Assembly (NCBI GenBank): GCA_964427615.1
Contig: CAYRUR010000003.1
Span: 44,062-108,061, forward strand
DNA: 64,000 nt
Reading direction: 5' to 3'
From: an uncultured Gammaproteobacteria bacterium
GTDB taxonomy: Bacteria > Patescibacteriota > Microgenomatia > Levybacterales > GWA1-39-11
In this document: positions 17,795 through 28,370 of the stretch, piece after piece
How positions within the stretch are numbered: position 1 is the first letter of the stretch
How the letters are laid out: the number at the start of each line of letters is the position of its first letter
Program-made: the position numbers and the translations under genes
Notes under the pieces: model-generated
The model's database searches: none
What the model was told of the DNA's origin: nothing
Seen by the model: the letters and a program-made list of their open reading frames with translations, nothing else

Positions 17795-18731
17795 ATTTTA
17801 TCGGATATTCGTCTTCTTTTACTCCTGAATGAACAAAGAGATCAGCAAGTAATCCAGTAAATATAGTCTGTATTCCTGCTAATACAAATAGTATACCAAA
17901 TAACAATAATGGTCGTTGTCCAATGCTTGCTCCGTTGATTTTTAAAATAATAAGATATAAAAGACTAACAGCTCCAATGAAGAAGATAAAACCACCAACT
18001 TTCCCAAAGAAATGAAGCGGCCTTCTGGTGTACTTGGTAATAAAGTAAATAGTTACCAAATCAGGAATATCAGTAAATACTTTTGTCATTTTGTATTTTG
18101 ACTTTCCGTATTTTCGAGGATGATGTGTTGCTTCTTGTTCTCCTACCTTAAAACCCATTTCATTGGCAATAACAGGAATAAAACGATGCATGCCTCCATA
18201 GATATAAATATTTTTTGCTAAGTCTTTTTTAAAGATTTTAAGACCGCTATTCAAATCATGAACCTTCATATCAAATAAGAATGAGACCAGACCATTAAAA
18301 AATTTAGAGGTAAATCTTTTATACAAATTATCTTTTCTATTTTTTCTCCATCCAGTTACTAGATCAAAATTGCCTTTTACCATTTTTTCATGGAGTGCTT
18401 TGATATTTTTAGGATCATCTTGTAAGTCTGCGTCAAGGGTTACAATAAATGCTCCTCTAGCTTCCTTAAAACCCAACATCATTGCATTTGATTTCCCAAG
18501 ATTTCTTCTAAAAGAAAAAACTCGTATTTGCTCATACTGTTTTTCCAGTCTTTTCAAGATATCAAAAGAAGCATCAGTAGACCCATCATCTACAAAAATG
18601 ATTTCATACGGTGCTTTTAGTTTTGAAAATTGAGTGGAAATGCCTTGCAGCAACTCTTTCAAACTTTCTTCTTCATTGTATACGGGAATAACAATTGAAA
18701 ATTGTACAGTATTCATAATAAATTCTTTCAA
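17778..18731 (-). CDS. glycosyltransferase family 2 (polyprenyl-phosphate sugar transferase, DPM1/GtrB/ArnC-like) with C-terminal TM helices
   Basis: FSIVIPVYNEEESL...IFVDDGSTD...LDADLQDDP motifs of GT2; two C-terminal TM segments. Confidence 0.8.
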   Translation of the reverse strand: MKEFIMNTVQFSIVIPVYNEEESLKELLQGISTQFSKLKAPYEIIFVDDGSTDASFDILKRLEKQYEQIRVFSFRRNLGKSNAMMLGFKEARGAFIVTLDADLQDDPKNIKALHEKMVKGNFDLVTGWRKNRKDNLYKRFTSKFFNGLVSFLFDMKVHDLNSGLKIFKKDLAKNIYIYGGMHRFIPVIANEMGFKVGEQEATHHPRKYGKSKYKMTKVFTDIPDLVTIYFITKYTRRPLHFFGKVGGFIFFIGAVSLLYLIILKINGASIGQRPLLLFGILFVLAGIQTIFTGLLADLFVHSGVKEDEYPIKYASEK

Positions 18732-18815
18732 GAATTGCTTGTAAGTATATCAGAAATGAGGCTAATTCACAAAAGGAATTCTTCTTCTTTCTTCACCCTT
18801 TCCTAAGAGGAGAGA

Positions 18816-18912
18816 GTGGGGGTGAGGTTGAAAAAAGTATGTCTTTTGTAAATCGTATAGTTGGATGAATACTTCCTTTCTTTCACCCTCACCTTAGTCC
18901 TCTCCCTCAGGA
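18816..18912. repeat. imperfect long inverted repeat AGAGGAGAGAGTGGGGGTGAGG ... CACCCTCACCTTAGTCCTCTCCCTC (plus CCTC-agga-GAGG hairpin) upstream of tRNA pair
   Basis: Reverse-complement arms read directly, ~45-nt spacer. Confidence 0.35.
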
Positions 18913-18991
18913 GAGGAAATGTATATAATCTCTAAACCTGAAATAGGTGCGCATTGCTTTCTGTTTTCTGCTCACCGTTTTTTTCTCATTC

Positions 18992-19075
18992 CTGAATCTC
19001 AAATCTTGAATCATACATTCTGAATCTTGCCTTCATACTTAATACTTACTTCTTAATACTTTATTCTCTTTCTAA
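18992..19075. repeat. 7-bp-period decayed tandem array (cctgaat/ctcaaat/cttgaat/catacat/tctgaat/.../taatact/tacttct/taatact), 12 units
   Basis: T at every 7th position across 11 of 12 units; contains ATACTTAATACT motif shared with 5.7, 7.1 and 30.0 kb spacers. Confidence 0.5.
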
Positions 19076-19128
19076 CCTTTTGATTGAGTGTTATAGGGTT
19101 ATTTGGTACAATTGTGAGGAGTAAAGAT

Positions 19129-19201
19129 GCGCTCGTAGCTCAATGGATAGAGCACTGGTCTTCGGAACCAGTGGTTGGGGGTTCGAGTCCCTTCGAGCGC
19201 G
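19129..19201 (+). tRNA. tRNA-Arg (anticodon TCG), CCA not encoded
   Basis: Cloverleaf folded by hand: acceptor GCGCTCG/CGAGCGC, D GCTC-aatggata-GAGC, anticodon stem CTGGT/ACCAG loop cTTCGga, T-arm GGGGG-ttcgagt-CCCTT, discriminator G. Confidence 0.7.
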
Positions 19202-19306
19202 CATTTTAATACTGCATAATTTTTCTTCCGATTCCATTTTATCTAGTACTATCAATTTTCTTGCTTAGGTAAAGGTGAGATAGTATAATAGGGAAGTCCG
19301 AATCTC

Positions 19307-19379
19307 GGGCGACTAGCTCAATTGGCAGAGCAAGTGGCTCTTAACCACTAGGTTCAGGGTTCGAGTCCCTGGTCGCTCA
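19307..19379 (+). tRNA. tRNA-Lys (anticodon CTT)
   Basis: Acceptor GGGCGAC/GTCGCTC (one G-U), anticodon stem AGTGG/CCACT loop cTCTTaa, T-arm CAGGG-ttcgagt-CCCTG, discriminator A. Confidence 0.7.
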
Positions 19380-19636
19380 CAAATCATTACTTTTCACCAC
19401 GAACTTCTGGTTATAAAGTTCTCTTAATAAGTTCTGTGGAAGATTGAGGTGTATATCAATTCTTTCAGGAATCATTTGCCCGCTACAAAGAGCTTGGAGT
19501 GAACTTTAGACATATACTTGATAGCTATGTTGCATAAAGAGGGATTGTACTTTGTTGGTTTTCCCATAAGCATACTTTAATTATACCTTTTTGAAGGTAA
19601 AGTTAGTTAAGAATTAACCACTAAACACTCAATAAA

Positions 19637-20398
19637 GTGTCCATCGTTTTGATATACTCCTCTTGTATGAAAAAGACAAAGAAAATATTACGCAGCAAAT
19701 TAGAACACTATTCTCGTGATAAAAAGCAACTTACTCCACCATTTGCCACTATGAAGATGTCGCAGATTTTTTGGTATAGCGAGATGCTACCAGAGTTTAT
19801 TTGGATAGATTCATTGGTAAGTTACTATGGTGAGCTTGAAGCATCTATTTATTACAACAAGGTACTAGATATGCTTGATGAATATAACCTAGATAAGGAC
19901 AAAATACTTCTTGGTACTGTATCGTCATTCAATCAGATTGACCCTAAAAGCAGAAAGCTCATTACTGACAAGAATAAATTTCTTATAGAGGATGCACTTG
20001 TTAAACCTTTTGGGGCAATTATCAATCTTTATCCTGATATACCAATGAAATGGTTAATTAAAGGTCAACAAATCTATGGAAGCAAAGAAGATGCTATTAA
20101 AGAAGTAAGAGAAGCAATACTTCGTTTATTTCCAGCAAAGGATTCTCATAGTGGTTTTTGCCGTGCCGTTCCACTAAATCGCTTTTTTAAGCATAATAAG
20201 TTATTTATTACTCAGAATATGGAGGAAACTATTAAAGCTATTGAGGAATATCCTAATGGTGATAGGTATAGAGCTGAATCATTTGCACGAAATGTTATAA
20301 ATATGGAGTTTGAAAGAAGAAAGGCGGAGGACAACAATTTTATAAAATGGAGTAAGTATTTTTGGAATTATAATTATAGTCTTACTAAATGTATATGA
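19637..20398 (+). CDS. hypothetical protein (first gene of tRNA-adjacent island)
   Basis: 253-aa ORF; 10-bp overlap with next gene implies an operon; no family recognised. Confidence 0.4.
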   Translation: MSIVLIYSSCMKKTKKILRSKLEHYSRDKKQLTPPFATMKMSQIFWYSEMLPEFIWIDSLVSYYGELEASIYYNKVLDMLDEYNLDKDKILLGTVSSFNQIDPKSRKLITDKNKFLIEDALVKPFGAIINLYPDIPMKWLIKGQQIYGSKEDAIKEVREAILRLFPAKDSHSGFCRAVPLNRFFKHNKLFITQNMEETIKAIEEYPNGDRYRAESFARNVINMEFERRKAEDNNFIKWSKYFWNYNYSLTKCI

Positions 20399-21636
20399 AA
20401 GACGAAGCAAAGAAAAAAGAGATTATTGATTTTACTGGTAAAATCGCCTCTTTGGGGCGTGAACTGATTGATGAAGTTATTAAAGTAATTGAGGAACAGC
20501 AGAAAGAAATAAAAGTTGACTTATTTAGTCCAGAGAAAGACCAAGTAATTAATGGTTTATTTTTTAGAACTCTCCGCTTTTATCACTCATTCGTAATTAG
20601 CTTCCATTTTTGGTCAATGGATATGTCAGAAATAATTACGAGGTCAATGCTTGAAAGTAAGTACTATCTAAAGTTCCTATTAGATAATGATAAAGAAGAA
20701 TTTTATCAAGAGTTCGTTAAGTATGGTATAGGACAAGAGAAACTCTATAAATTACATTTAGCTCGTTTAATAGATGAGGGGAAAATTGAAAAAACAGATA
20801 GTCTTGTAGATTTTATTGATTCTCAAAGTGATGACGAAATATGGGACGAATTAGTTTCAATTAAATTAAAAAACTTTGATGATATTAGAAAAATAGCTGA
20901 TTCAATTGGTGAAAAGGATTCTTATTCACTTGAATACCAACCTTACTCAATTACAATACATGGCCAGTGGCCAGCACTTCGGAAGTTTTATTTGAGAAGA
21001 TGTGAAGACCCGTTGCATAGGTTTCACTACATTGGTACAACTCAACTTCCTCCATTAGACCCTCGTACTTTATTTCAAACAGAAGCTATTTTTTATGATA
21101 CCTACTTACTATGGATTAAGCATTATGGTTTAGAAGATAAAATCAAACCTCTACTAGATAATTATGCTAAAAAGTTAGATAGTATATTTAGTATGGAAGA
21201 AAAATTAAGAAAAGGCACAGTTTGTTTTATTCAAGACGGTAATAGTATACTTCTCGCTTTAATTGAATACGCTTCAACTGATAGAAAATGGAATGGTATT
21301 GGAGGTTTTGCAGAAGAAGGAGAATCTTTAGAAGAAGCTGTTGTTCGTGAAGCAAGTGAAGAAACTGAAATATCTCTTGATAAGAATGACTTAAAAAGGG
21401 TTGCGGAGCTAAACTTCTCACCATCTTTTCAATTAAATGTCTTTTTAGCAAGCAAATGGAGTGGTGAGCTTAATATAAAGGATAGTTCACTAAAAGAACT
21501 AAAATGGTTTCCCAAAAGTGATTTGCCTTATGAACAGATGCACGAAGGCAATAGAGATTGGCTAGAACCAACTCTAAAAGGCAAACTAGTTAGATTGGTT
21601 GACAATAAACTAGAAGAAGTAAGTTCTTTTGAGTAA
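20389..21636 (+). CDS. two-domain protein: uncharacterised ~270-aa N-terminal domain fused to a C-terminal NUDIX hydrolase domain
   Basis: Nudix box GGFAEEGESLEEAVVREASEETEI (GX5EX7REUXEEXGU) near C-terminus; N-terminal region has no recognisable family. Confidence 0.6.
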   Translation: MYMKDEAKKKEIIDFTGKIASLGRELIDEVIKVIEEQQKEIKVDLFSPEKDQVINGLFFRTLRFYHSFVISFHFWSMDMSEIITRSMLESKYYLKFLLDNDKEEFYQEFVKYGIGQEKLYKLHLARLIDEGKIEKTDSLVDFIDSQSDDEIWDELVSIKLKNFDDIRKIADSIGEKDSYSLEYQPYSITIHGQWPALRKFYLRRCEDPLHRFHYIGTTQLPPLDPRTLFQTEAIFYDTYLLWIKHYGLEDKIKPLLDNYAKKLDSIFSMEEKLRKGTVCFIQDGNSILLALIEYASTDRKWNGIGGFAEEGESLEEAVVREASEETEISLDKNDLKRVAELNFSPSFQLNVFLASKWSGELNIKDSSLKELKWFPKSDLPYEQMHEGNRDWLEPTLKGKLVRLVDNKLEEVSSFE

Positions 21637-21938
21637 TTAAGTTCTAGTTTTAGTATGAAGTTGGTGTAGTACAGCCATATCTGATGATTCAGTTGATATT
21701 ATATTGACCTTCAAGGACTTTACTGGTGATAGTGGTGACTTCTGGAATAAAATCGGCTCTGCCTGAAACTCCAATTTCCCCAACATAGTTCCAGGAGTCA
21801 TAAACTTTGGTAGTATTTCTTCCAGAAGACTGTATTCTTTGTTACTGCATACTTGATTTTCATATATTCATATTCTACCAGGTAATATTAATTATTGTTA
21901 ACTACAGGTTAAGGGTTTATAATACTAAATTATCTACA

Positions 21939-22640
21939 AATATGAAAAGTGTCAGGGATTGGGAACATCAACAAATGCAGAATACCCCTCGTCCAGAAAC
22001 TCAAATTATAACCTTACTTACAGAACACTTAGAAAGTATTGGTAACCTGCGTAGCGAGGAAAATAGGGAAAGCTCAATAGCTTTTGAAGAGTGGCAATCA
22101 AGTGTTGATTCTATTTTAAGGAGAATATTCGGTGAAAAAAGTCCAGAAAGAGAAAAGTTTAATGAAATAAATTATTATCCGACAGTTGGGAGTATTAATG
22201 AATATGTAGATTATACGGCAGATTATATTAAAGCATATAATGATGGTCTGGATAAAGCTTCTGGACAACTCCGAAGTATTATAAAAATGCTTCAATCACT
22301 GGGCATGCCAGTATCTCAGCCTGTAATTAAAAAAACTGGTACCACGATTAGTGTAAATCCTATTTTTAATCAAAACCAGAACAACGAAATGAAACAAGAA
22401 CAACATCAAGAGGTAAATATTACCTTAGAACAAGCGTTGGATAATTCATTATCATATATTAAACAACACCACACGGAAGAGACTATTAAAAACGCAGAGG
22501 ATGTTCTACAACCTTTAAAAGAAAAAGATGTGACTTGGCCACAAGTTCAAAAAGCTATAATGTTTTTTCTGGGTTTAGGACGAGAAGCTTTTTTCGCTTT
22601 TGCTCCTGTACTATATCAGATGGCAATGACTAAACCTTAA
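21939..22640 (+). CDS. hypothetical protein (ORF extends to 21807 but upstream part is hydrophobic/low-complexity; Met at 21939 more plausible)
   Basis: ORF only; no homology recognised. Confidence 0.35.
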   Translation, partial: NMKSVRDWEHQQMQNTPRPETQIITLLTEHLESIGNLRSEENRESSIAFEEWQSSVDSILRRIFGEKSPEREKFNEINYYPTVGSINEYVDYTADYIKAYNDGLDKASGQLRSIIKMLQSLGMPVSQPVIKKTGTTISVNPIFNQNQNNEMKQEQHQEVNITLEQALDNSLSYIKQHHTEETIKNAEDVLQPLKEKDVTWPQVQKAIMFFLGLGREAFFAFAPVLYQMAMTKP

Positions 22641-23029
22641 TTGAATGTTTTTTTATAGGTAATTGGCCATAAAGTACTTATTCTTTTGAGCTTTATTTTT
22701 ACCAATTCTAATAAGTTTACTATCCATTTTATATTGTGAAATGACTAATCTATATTTATCATAATAGTCGATAGGTATAATATAATCATTAGGTAGTTCC
22801 TGGTGAGAATTAATGTCTGACTCGATATTAATACGCCAAACCTACTGCAGACAATAAATAATAGTGTGGTTTTAGTACTACCTTTAGTCCACATCATGTT
22901 GCAAGATTAATAAAATTAAATTGGAATCCCCATTATTGTATTCTTAGTAATAAAGCAATTCCTTCATTTATTAAGTAGTATTACAAGAAGTTTAATAGAA
23001 ATTAGGTGAGTATTGAAGCAATTTTGTAA

Positions 23030-24484
23030 ATGGTTTATGCTAAGAATGTGAGAAAAAAGAAAGTACAAAACAAACTGTACGTTTTACCATCTTCTGCAGG
23101 AAAAATAGAACTAGCCTTTATCCTTTTGCTCGGTGCGCTTATTTTTGGTGCTGCTATGATGGGAGGGCTTATTGGAAAGAAAAAACTATCAGAAACAGCA
23201 ACTCCTATGTCAACAGAAACCAATGTTGTATGTTGTGATACAGGGGATGGAGATGCTTGCAAACCACAAACAGGAGAAAATCAGAAAATTACTTACAATG
23301 GAGTAGAATATGGACTGATTAAATCGGATGTTCAATTTATAGAAGGAAATTTACATTTACAAGACTCAGGTCAAAAAGCAAATGGTAATCCAATTATTAT
23401 CAATCCTTCAGAAGGTCATGGATTGAGGATCCCACAAGTACAATCTGGCTGTGAGCGTCCTAATCCTGTGAGCCAGAAAAAAGATCTTTATTTTGCAAAA
23501 ACCCCACCTGATCCATACATGTTTATGAAACCCGGTTGGACTTATAACCAAATGCAAACTTATTGTACCTCTATACCTGATGATCAAATGGTTTTTGTGT
23601 GTAAAAAGGATTGCCAACCACAAGCCTGCTCTATTGGGAGCTCTGACCATACTATCAAGTGTTACGGCACTACCAATAGTGTGTATGACGTATATTTCAG
23701 GCTTAATGATTTCCCTTCTCCTGGTATTCCTGACTTTATTAAGTATTGTGACAAAACAGCAATTCCCAATCAAAAATCAAATGAGGAGATAAAACAGAAA
23801 ATTGTAGTACCAACAGGTGAAGGGGGAGATAAAAAAGAATCATTACAACTAAAGACCTTTTCTATTATTGGCCAACGAGCTGCCAGTCCTGTTTTTTCAC
23901 CTCTTTGTAAACCTGCTATTTATCTCTATCCTCCTCAAAAAACAAATATCAATGTACAGGTACATCCAGAAGGTCCCATGACACTTACTATTCCTCCCTA
24001 TCCTGCAAATGGATGGAATGTTACCGCATATCCTGATGGAAGAATTATAAGTGGTACAAATACATTTGACTATTTATACTATGAAGCAGAAATTCCGGAT
24101 GAGTTTGTCTCAGAAGGAGATACTGGATACGTGGTAGAACAGAAAAATATAGAAAGTTTTCTTAATACAATACTACCCAAACTGGGATTAAATGAGAATG
24201 AAACAAAAGCATTTGTAGAATATTGGGTAAAAGCGCTTAAAACATCACCATATTTCGCTGTGCGAATAGTTTCAGATGATGACTTACATGCTATGGCTCC
24301 TCTGACTATTTCTCCTAAACCCGATACGGTCATCCGCGTTACATTGCTTTTTACTCCCTTAGAAAAGAAGATATCCTTGAAAGAGCCAACTATTTTGCCA
24401 AAAATTCGTAAAGGATTTACGGTCGTCGAATGGGGCGGACTCTACAAACAAGATAAAGACCACCCCTTCACCTGTTTTATGTAA
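23030..24484 (+). CDS. hypothetical membrane-anchored extracellular protein with Cys-rich N-terminal region
   Basis: TM helix near N-terminus (LAFILLLGALIFGAAMMGGLIG), multiple Cys pairs, 484 aa. Confidence 0.45.
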   Translation: MVYAKNVRKKKVQNKLYVLPSSAGKIELAFILLLGALIFGAAMMGGLIGKKKLSETATPMSTETNVVCCDTGDGDACKPQTGENQKITYNGVEYGLIKSDVQFIEGNLHLQDSGQKANGNPIIINPSEGHGLRIPQVQSGCERPNPVSQKKDLYFAKTPPDPYMFMKPGWTYNQMQTYCTSIPDDQMVFVCKKDCQPQACSIGSSDHTIKCYGTTNSVYDVYFRLNDFPSPGIPDFIKYCDKTAIPNQKSNEEIKQKIVVPTGEGGDKKESLQLKTFSIIGQRAASPVFSPLCKPAIYLYPPQKTNINVQVHPEGPMTLTIPPYPANGWNVTAYPDGRIISGTNTFDYLYYEAEIPDEFVSEGDTGYVVEQKNIESFLNTILPKLGLNENETKAFVEYWVKALKTSPYFAVRIVSDDDLHAMAPLTISPKPDTVIRVTLLFTPLEKKISLKEPTILPKIRKGFTVVEWGGLYKQDKDHPFTCFM

Positions 24485-24547
24485 AAAAGAAGAGCGTTTA
24501 GCGTATAGTGTATAGCGCTTAGATTTTAGGAAAAACTATTAAACAGA

Positions 24548-24638
24548 CGTCATTGCGATCCTGAGCTTGTCGAAGGAGAAGCAATCCCCTTACGAAAAAA
24601 GATCGCCACAGGAACTAGCGTTCCTTCGCGATGACAAT
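24548..24638. mobile_element. MITE-like element, variant family (termini CGTCATTGCGATC ... TTCGCGATGACAA) preceded by GCGTTTAGCGTATAG heptamer motifs
   Basis: Imperfect terminal inverted repeat with same GTCAT...ATGAC ends as the 1068/26092 family. Confidence 0.4.
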
Positions 24639-24768
24639 ACAGTTTTCCCTTTAGAATTTCGAATTTAGTGCTTAGAATTTAATCCTCATTTTCTTACTTG
24701 ACTTTATTTATGAGCAGCAAGTAATATATCCCTCGCGCTTGTTGTAAGAAAGCCGTAAGAATAGCTCT

Positions 24769-26076
24769 ATGATATCTGCCCTGCCCAAAAAAACCTTCAA
24801 AAAAATTGCGAGTTTACACCAGAAAATGCAATCATTACCCAATGAAATACGGCATTTGATATATGCCAATGCTATGCTTTCATTTGGCATGGGAGTAAGC
24901 TCTCTCTTCTTAAATATTTATCTCTGGAAACAGAGCAGCGGTCTACAAGACATCGTAACCTTTAATCTCATTCAGTATCCTGCGATTCTTTTTGCATTTA
25001 TTGTTGTAGGGATTATCAAAACTTCAGTAAAACTAAAACAAATGATGGGATTTGGATTTTTACTGTATATTGCCGGTTATGCATTGCTGATGATGTTAGG
25101 GAAACATGCAGTTGAGTACCTTCTTCCTCTTGGTTATTTATTTGGTATTGCAACTGGTTTTTATTGGGCTGGCAATAATACACTCACTTTTCTTTCAACA
25201 AAGGAAAAAAATAGAGATACTTTTTATGCACTCAATGCCTCAATTGGTTCATTTATATCAGTACTTACACCTCTTGTCAGTATGCTTGTTTTTTCTCAAT
25301 TTTTATTGCATACCCAAAGTGAATACACCCGTTATTTTTTACTTTTCTCTGTAGCCATTCTTATTTTTAGCTTTGGACTGTACTACTCGCTCAAACTGCC
25401 AAGTACACATGTGCCTAAAATTCGAGCGCGAGATACTATTAACCCCTTAAAGGATAGAATGTGGCAGATCGTTTCACTTTCACTTTTTTTTGAGGGATTT
25501 AAGGGAGGATCAGCAGGATTTATTGCATCCATCCTTACTTTCCAAGTTTTGACAACAGAGTTTGATATGGGATTATACAACAGCATTTTTGCCTTGTTAA
25601 GTGCAGCTGTTGCTTACAAGATGGCAGGGCGTTTGAATAAAAAAAATAGGATGAAGTTTGGATTTGTAGGTGCTACGTTATTTTTATTCTCTAATATTTT
25701 TTTTATAGGCATGTTTTCCTCAACTGGAATTTTAATTAGCTCTGCTATTGCTCTTTTTGCCAACCCTCTCTTTAGTGTAGGACTGGCTTCATCATTTTTC
25801 AGAGCTATAGACCACAATCCCAATCATAAAGAAGAATATTATAAATACATAACGTTTAGAGAGTTGATTCTTACTGTAGGTAGATTCTGTGGTGCATCTT
25901 TCTTTCTACTATTCTTAAATATCGGCAGCCAACTCACTATGGCAAAAGTATGGTATTTATTCTTAGGAGTTATTCCTCTGATTTATTTTCTGCTGACCCG
26001 CCATTTTGAGAAAATGATAGAAAAAGAATTAGCGTTTCAAAGTACCTCATTGCTTGAAGAAGAAGCTCAGAACTAG
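24769..26076 (+). CDS. major facilitator superfamily-like transporter (12 predicted TM helices)
   Basis: 435 aa, polytopic membrane protein with two 6-TM halves; weak MFS loop motifs. Confidence 0.5.
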   Translation: MISALPKKTFKKIASLHQKMQSLPNEIRHLIYANAMLSFGMGVSSLFLNIYLWKQSSGLQDIVTFNLIQYPAILFAFIVVGIIKTSVKLKQMMGFGFLLYIAGYALLMMLGKHAVEYLLPLGYLFGIATGFYWAGNNTLTFLSTKEKNRDTFYALNASIGSFISVLTPLVSMLVFSQFLLHTQSEYTRYFLLFSVAILIFSFGLYYSLKLPSTHVPKIRARDTINPLKDRMWQIVSLSLFFEGFKGGSAGFIASILTFQVLTTEFDMGLYNSIFALLSAAVAYKMAGRLNKKNRMKFGFVGATLFLFSNIFFIGMFSSTGILISSAIALFANPLFSVGLASSFFRAIDHNPNHKEEYYKYITFRELILTVGRFCGASFFLLFLNIGSQLTMAKVWYLFLGVIPLIYFLLTRHFEKMIEKELAFQSTSLLEEEAQN

Positions 26077-26091
26077 AAGTTATTTCAAAAC

Positions 26092-26199
26092 TGTCATTCT
26101 GGTAAGCCAATAGGCGCATCCAGAATCTCGATTGGTTCATAAATTGATTCTGGGCAAGTCCTTCGACCATGAGCTCAGGACCGAATGGCCAGAATGACT
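26092..26199. mobile_element. MITE-like palindromic element, copy 3 (CTGTCATTCTGG ... CCAGAATGACTA), 108 bp
   Basis: Same termini and internal CCAGAATCT / AATTGATTCTGG blocks as copy at 1068-1152; extra CCAGAATCAG fragment at 26238-26248. Confidence 0.55.
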
Positions 26200-26262
26200 A
26201 AATAAGGAGGTTTTGAAATGAGTTCTAGGTAACTTGTCCAGAATCAGAAAAGAGTTTATAAT

Positions 26263-27003
26263 TTGGCTTTGATTATGGACTTTATATATGCTCTTGGTAT
26301 CCCACTAGCCATTTTTTTATTAAAAACACTAAAAAAGGCAAAAGCAGGGAGGCGGTTAGGTATTACCAAAAAAAATGAAGTATTTCTGTATTTATTCTTA
26401 TTTTTAGTGTCATTTGTTCTAGTTACTTTTTTCCCAAAAGAGTTAGACCAGTTCCTTTCTTCTTTCACGGCAGGCAATCAGCAGTCCACTTCTGAAACAA
26501 AACAGCAAATATCACAAAATACAACAGTTACCCGTGTTATAGATGGCGATACAGTAGAAATACAAGGAGGAGCAAAAGTGAGATATATAGGCATAGATAC
26601 CCCGGAGTCAGTCAAACCAAATACACCTATTCAATGTTTTGCCAAAGAAGCTTCTGAGAAAAATAAAGAACTAGTATTAGGCAAAGAAGTAAGGCTTGAA
26701 AAAGATGTTTCAGAGACTGATAAATACGGAAGACTATTGCGATATGTGTATGTAGGAGACACCATGATAAATGAAGTACTAGTAAAAGAAGGATATGCAC
26801 ATGCGGTCTCATATCCTCCAGATGTTAAATATCAAGAAAAGCTACGATTTGCAGAGCAGTTTGCTCGGGAAAATAATAAAGGACTATGGAATTCATGTAA
26901 TCAAGAAAGTACTTTTAATTCACAACCCATAAATGCAGTTTTTCAGTCTCCTATTATAGAAGCAGGTAGTTCGGCAAAAAAAAGGATTCTGGGAAATGTA
27001 TAA
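26263..27003 (+). CDS. membrane-anchored thermonuclease (staphylococcal nuclease/SNase homologue)
   Basis: VTRVIDGDTVEI...RYIGIDTPE...YGRLLRYVYV...EGYAH motifs of SNase fold; N-terminal TM. Confidence 0.8.
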   Translation: MALIMDFIYALGIPLAIFLLKTLKKAKAGRRLGITKKNEVFLYLFLFLVSFVLVTFFPKELDQFLSSFTAGNQQSTSETKQQISQNTTVTRVIDGDTVEIQGGAKVRYIGIDTPESVKPNTPIQCFAKEASEKNKELVLGKEVRLEKDVSETDKYGRLLRYVYVGDTMINEVLVKEGYAHAVSYPPDVKYQEKLRFAEQFARENNKGLWNSCNQESTFNSQPINAVFQSPIIEAGSSAKKRILGNV

Positions 27004-27128
27004 TACAAAGTATGGACTTGGCTCAAGAAGTGTTTGTTATTTTACTTCCTATTTTTCTATTTGTTACTACTATTATTGGAATCCTGGCAATTATTTTTGC
27101 AAGAAAGAATACTAAAAAGTGAGACACT

Positions 27129-28370
27129 TTACAAATGAGAGTATTCTTTTCGTATTTCCTCACGTTGATACTTGTCTGCTAGAAACCCATTTGGTTTTGT
27201 GGGTAATTTAGGTGCGTATGCCAAATATCCATTGCGCACTATATGTCCCCCATACTTTTTATTGAGACTATCTACCGCTTTTAAGAGTTTGTCTTGACGG
27301 GGATCTTCAAAAAGAGAGTAAGTAGTAACTTTTTTGTCTTCAATACTGCTCACCCAAATACTTATTTGCCGTACCATCCATTGCCAATTCCATTTTTGAT
27401 ATAAAAAGTAACATACTTCAAAAATATCTTGTCCTTTATCCATATACCTATCAGTCGTTTTTCTGCCTTGCATACTTTTTTCTCCCGCCAGAGAAAGTCC
27501 TACTGTTTTGGCTTTTTTATCTAGTTTGCGCAACTTTAATGCTACTTCTTCGCATAATTCATACATGATTTGTAAAATTCTTTCCTGGCTATATTCATTT
27601 TGAGGAAGACAATAGTTCCTGCCCACAGACTTAACTGTTTCCTGATGAGTGAAATGACGTACTAGACTCACATCTTTTCCATACGCAATATCTTTGAGAT
27701 GTAAAGCGCATACATTGCCAAATTCTTTTTTTAAATGAAAAAGAGGGTAGTCTCGTAAAGTAAGTAAATTTGTGATTCCCAGACAATACAGTCTCTTTTT
27801 CAATCGTTCTCCAATACCACACACTGTAGTCAGTTTGATTTGTGCATAAATAGTATCTAAATTTTTCTCATTAATTTCAGCAAAGCCATCTGGTTTATCA
27901 AGACCTGAGGCTAATTTTGCCAATAGTTTGTTGTGAGAAAGACCCACAGATACCGTAACCACAGGTCCAATTTCATTTCTAATGTCTGCTTTAATGCGTT
28001 CTACTACGCTAAAAATAGAAGGGTATAGATGCATGACAGGAGTCAAATCCATAAAAAGCTCATCCAAAGAAAAGAGTTCTACTATAGGACTATAACGACT
28101 GCAAATATCCAAAAACTTTTTGGTGATATCAAGATACCGGTCAAAATCAGCGGGGATAAAGATGATTTCAGGACAGATATTAACCGCTTCCCACGTACGC
28201 ATGCCTGTTTTTATGCCTTTTTTCTTTGCTTCGCGAGAAGCAGCAATAATACAAGTTCTGCCATTTGTTGCCGTAACACCAATAGGGTGATTACGTAAAT
28301 TAGGATTAAAATGTTGTTCACAGCTAGCAAAATAAGAATCAAAATCAATACAAAGAATAGTGCGTTTCAT
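27129..28370 (-). CDS. dinB: DNA polymerase IV (Y-family translesion polymerase)
   Basis: ILCIDFDSYFASCE... and SLDE motifs, little-finger domain; 413 aa. Confidence 0.85.
   Translation of the reverse strand: MKRTILCIDFDSYFASCEQHFNPNLRNHPIGVTATNGRTCIIAASREAKKKGIKTGMRTWEAVNICPEIIFIPADFDRYLDITKKFLDICSRYSPIVELFSLDELFMDLTPVMHLYPSIFSVVERIKADIRNEIGPVVTVSVGLSHNKLLAKLASGLDKPDGFAEINEKNLDTIYAQIKLTTVCGIGERLKKRLYCLGITNLLTLRDYPLFHLKKEFGNVCALHLKDIAYGKDVSLVRHFTHQETVKSVGRNYCLPQNEYSQERILQIMYELCEEVALKLRKLDKKAKTVGLSLAGEKSMQGRKTTDRYMDKGQDIFEVCYFLYQKWNWQWMVRQISIWVSSIEDKKVTTYSLFEDPRQDKLLKAVDSLNKKYGGHIVRNGYLAYAPKLPTKPNGFLADKYQREEIRKEYSHL

Noticed and set aside
22641-23029. 390-bp AT-rich spacer checked for a pseudogene or sRNA
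   Set aside because: Only a 25-codon minus-strand ORF fragment and no clear hairpins or repeat motifs; nothing supportable
26256-26477. 73-aa minus-strand ORF overlapping the thermonuclease gene start
   Set aside because: Antisense overlap with a well-supported SNase gene and the MITE copy; no independent support
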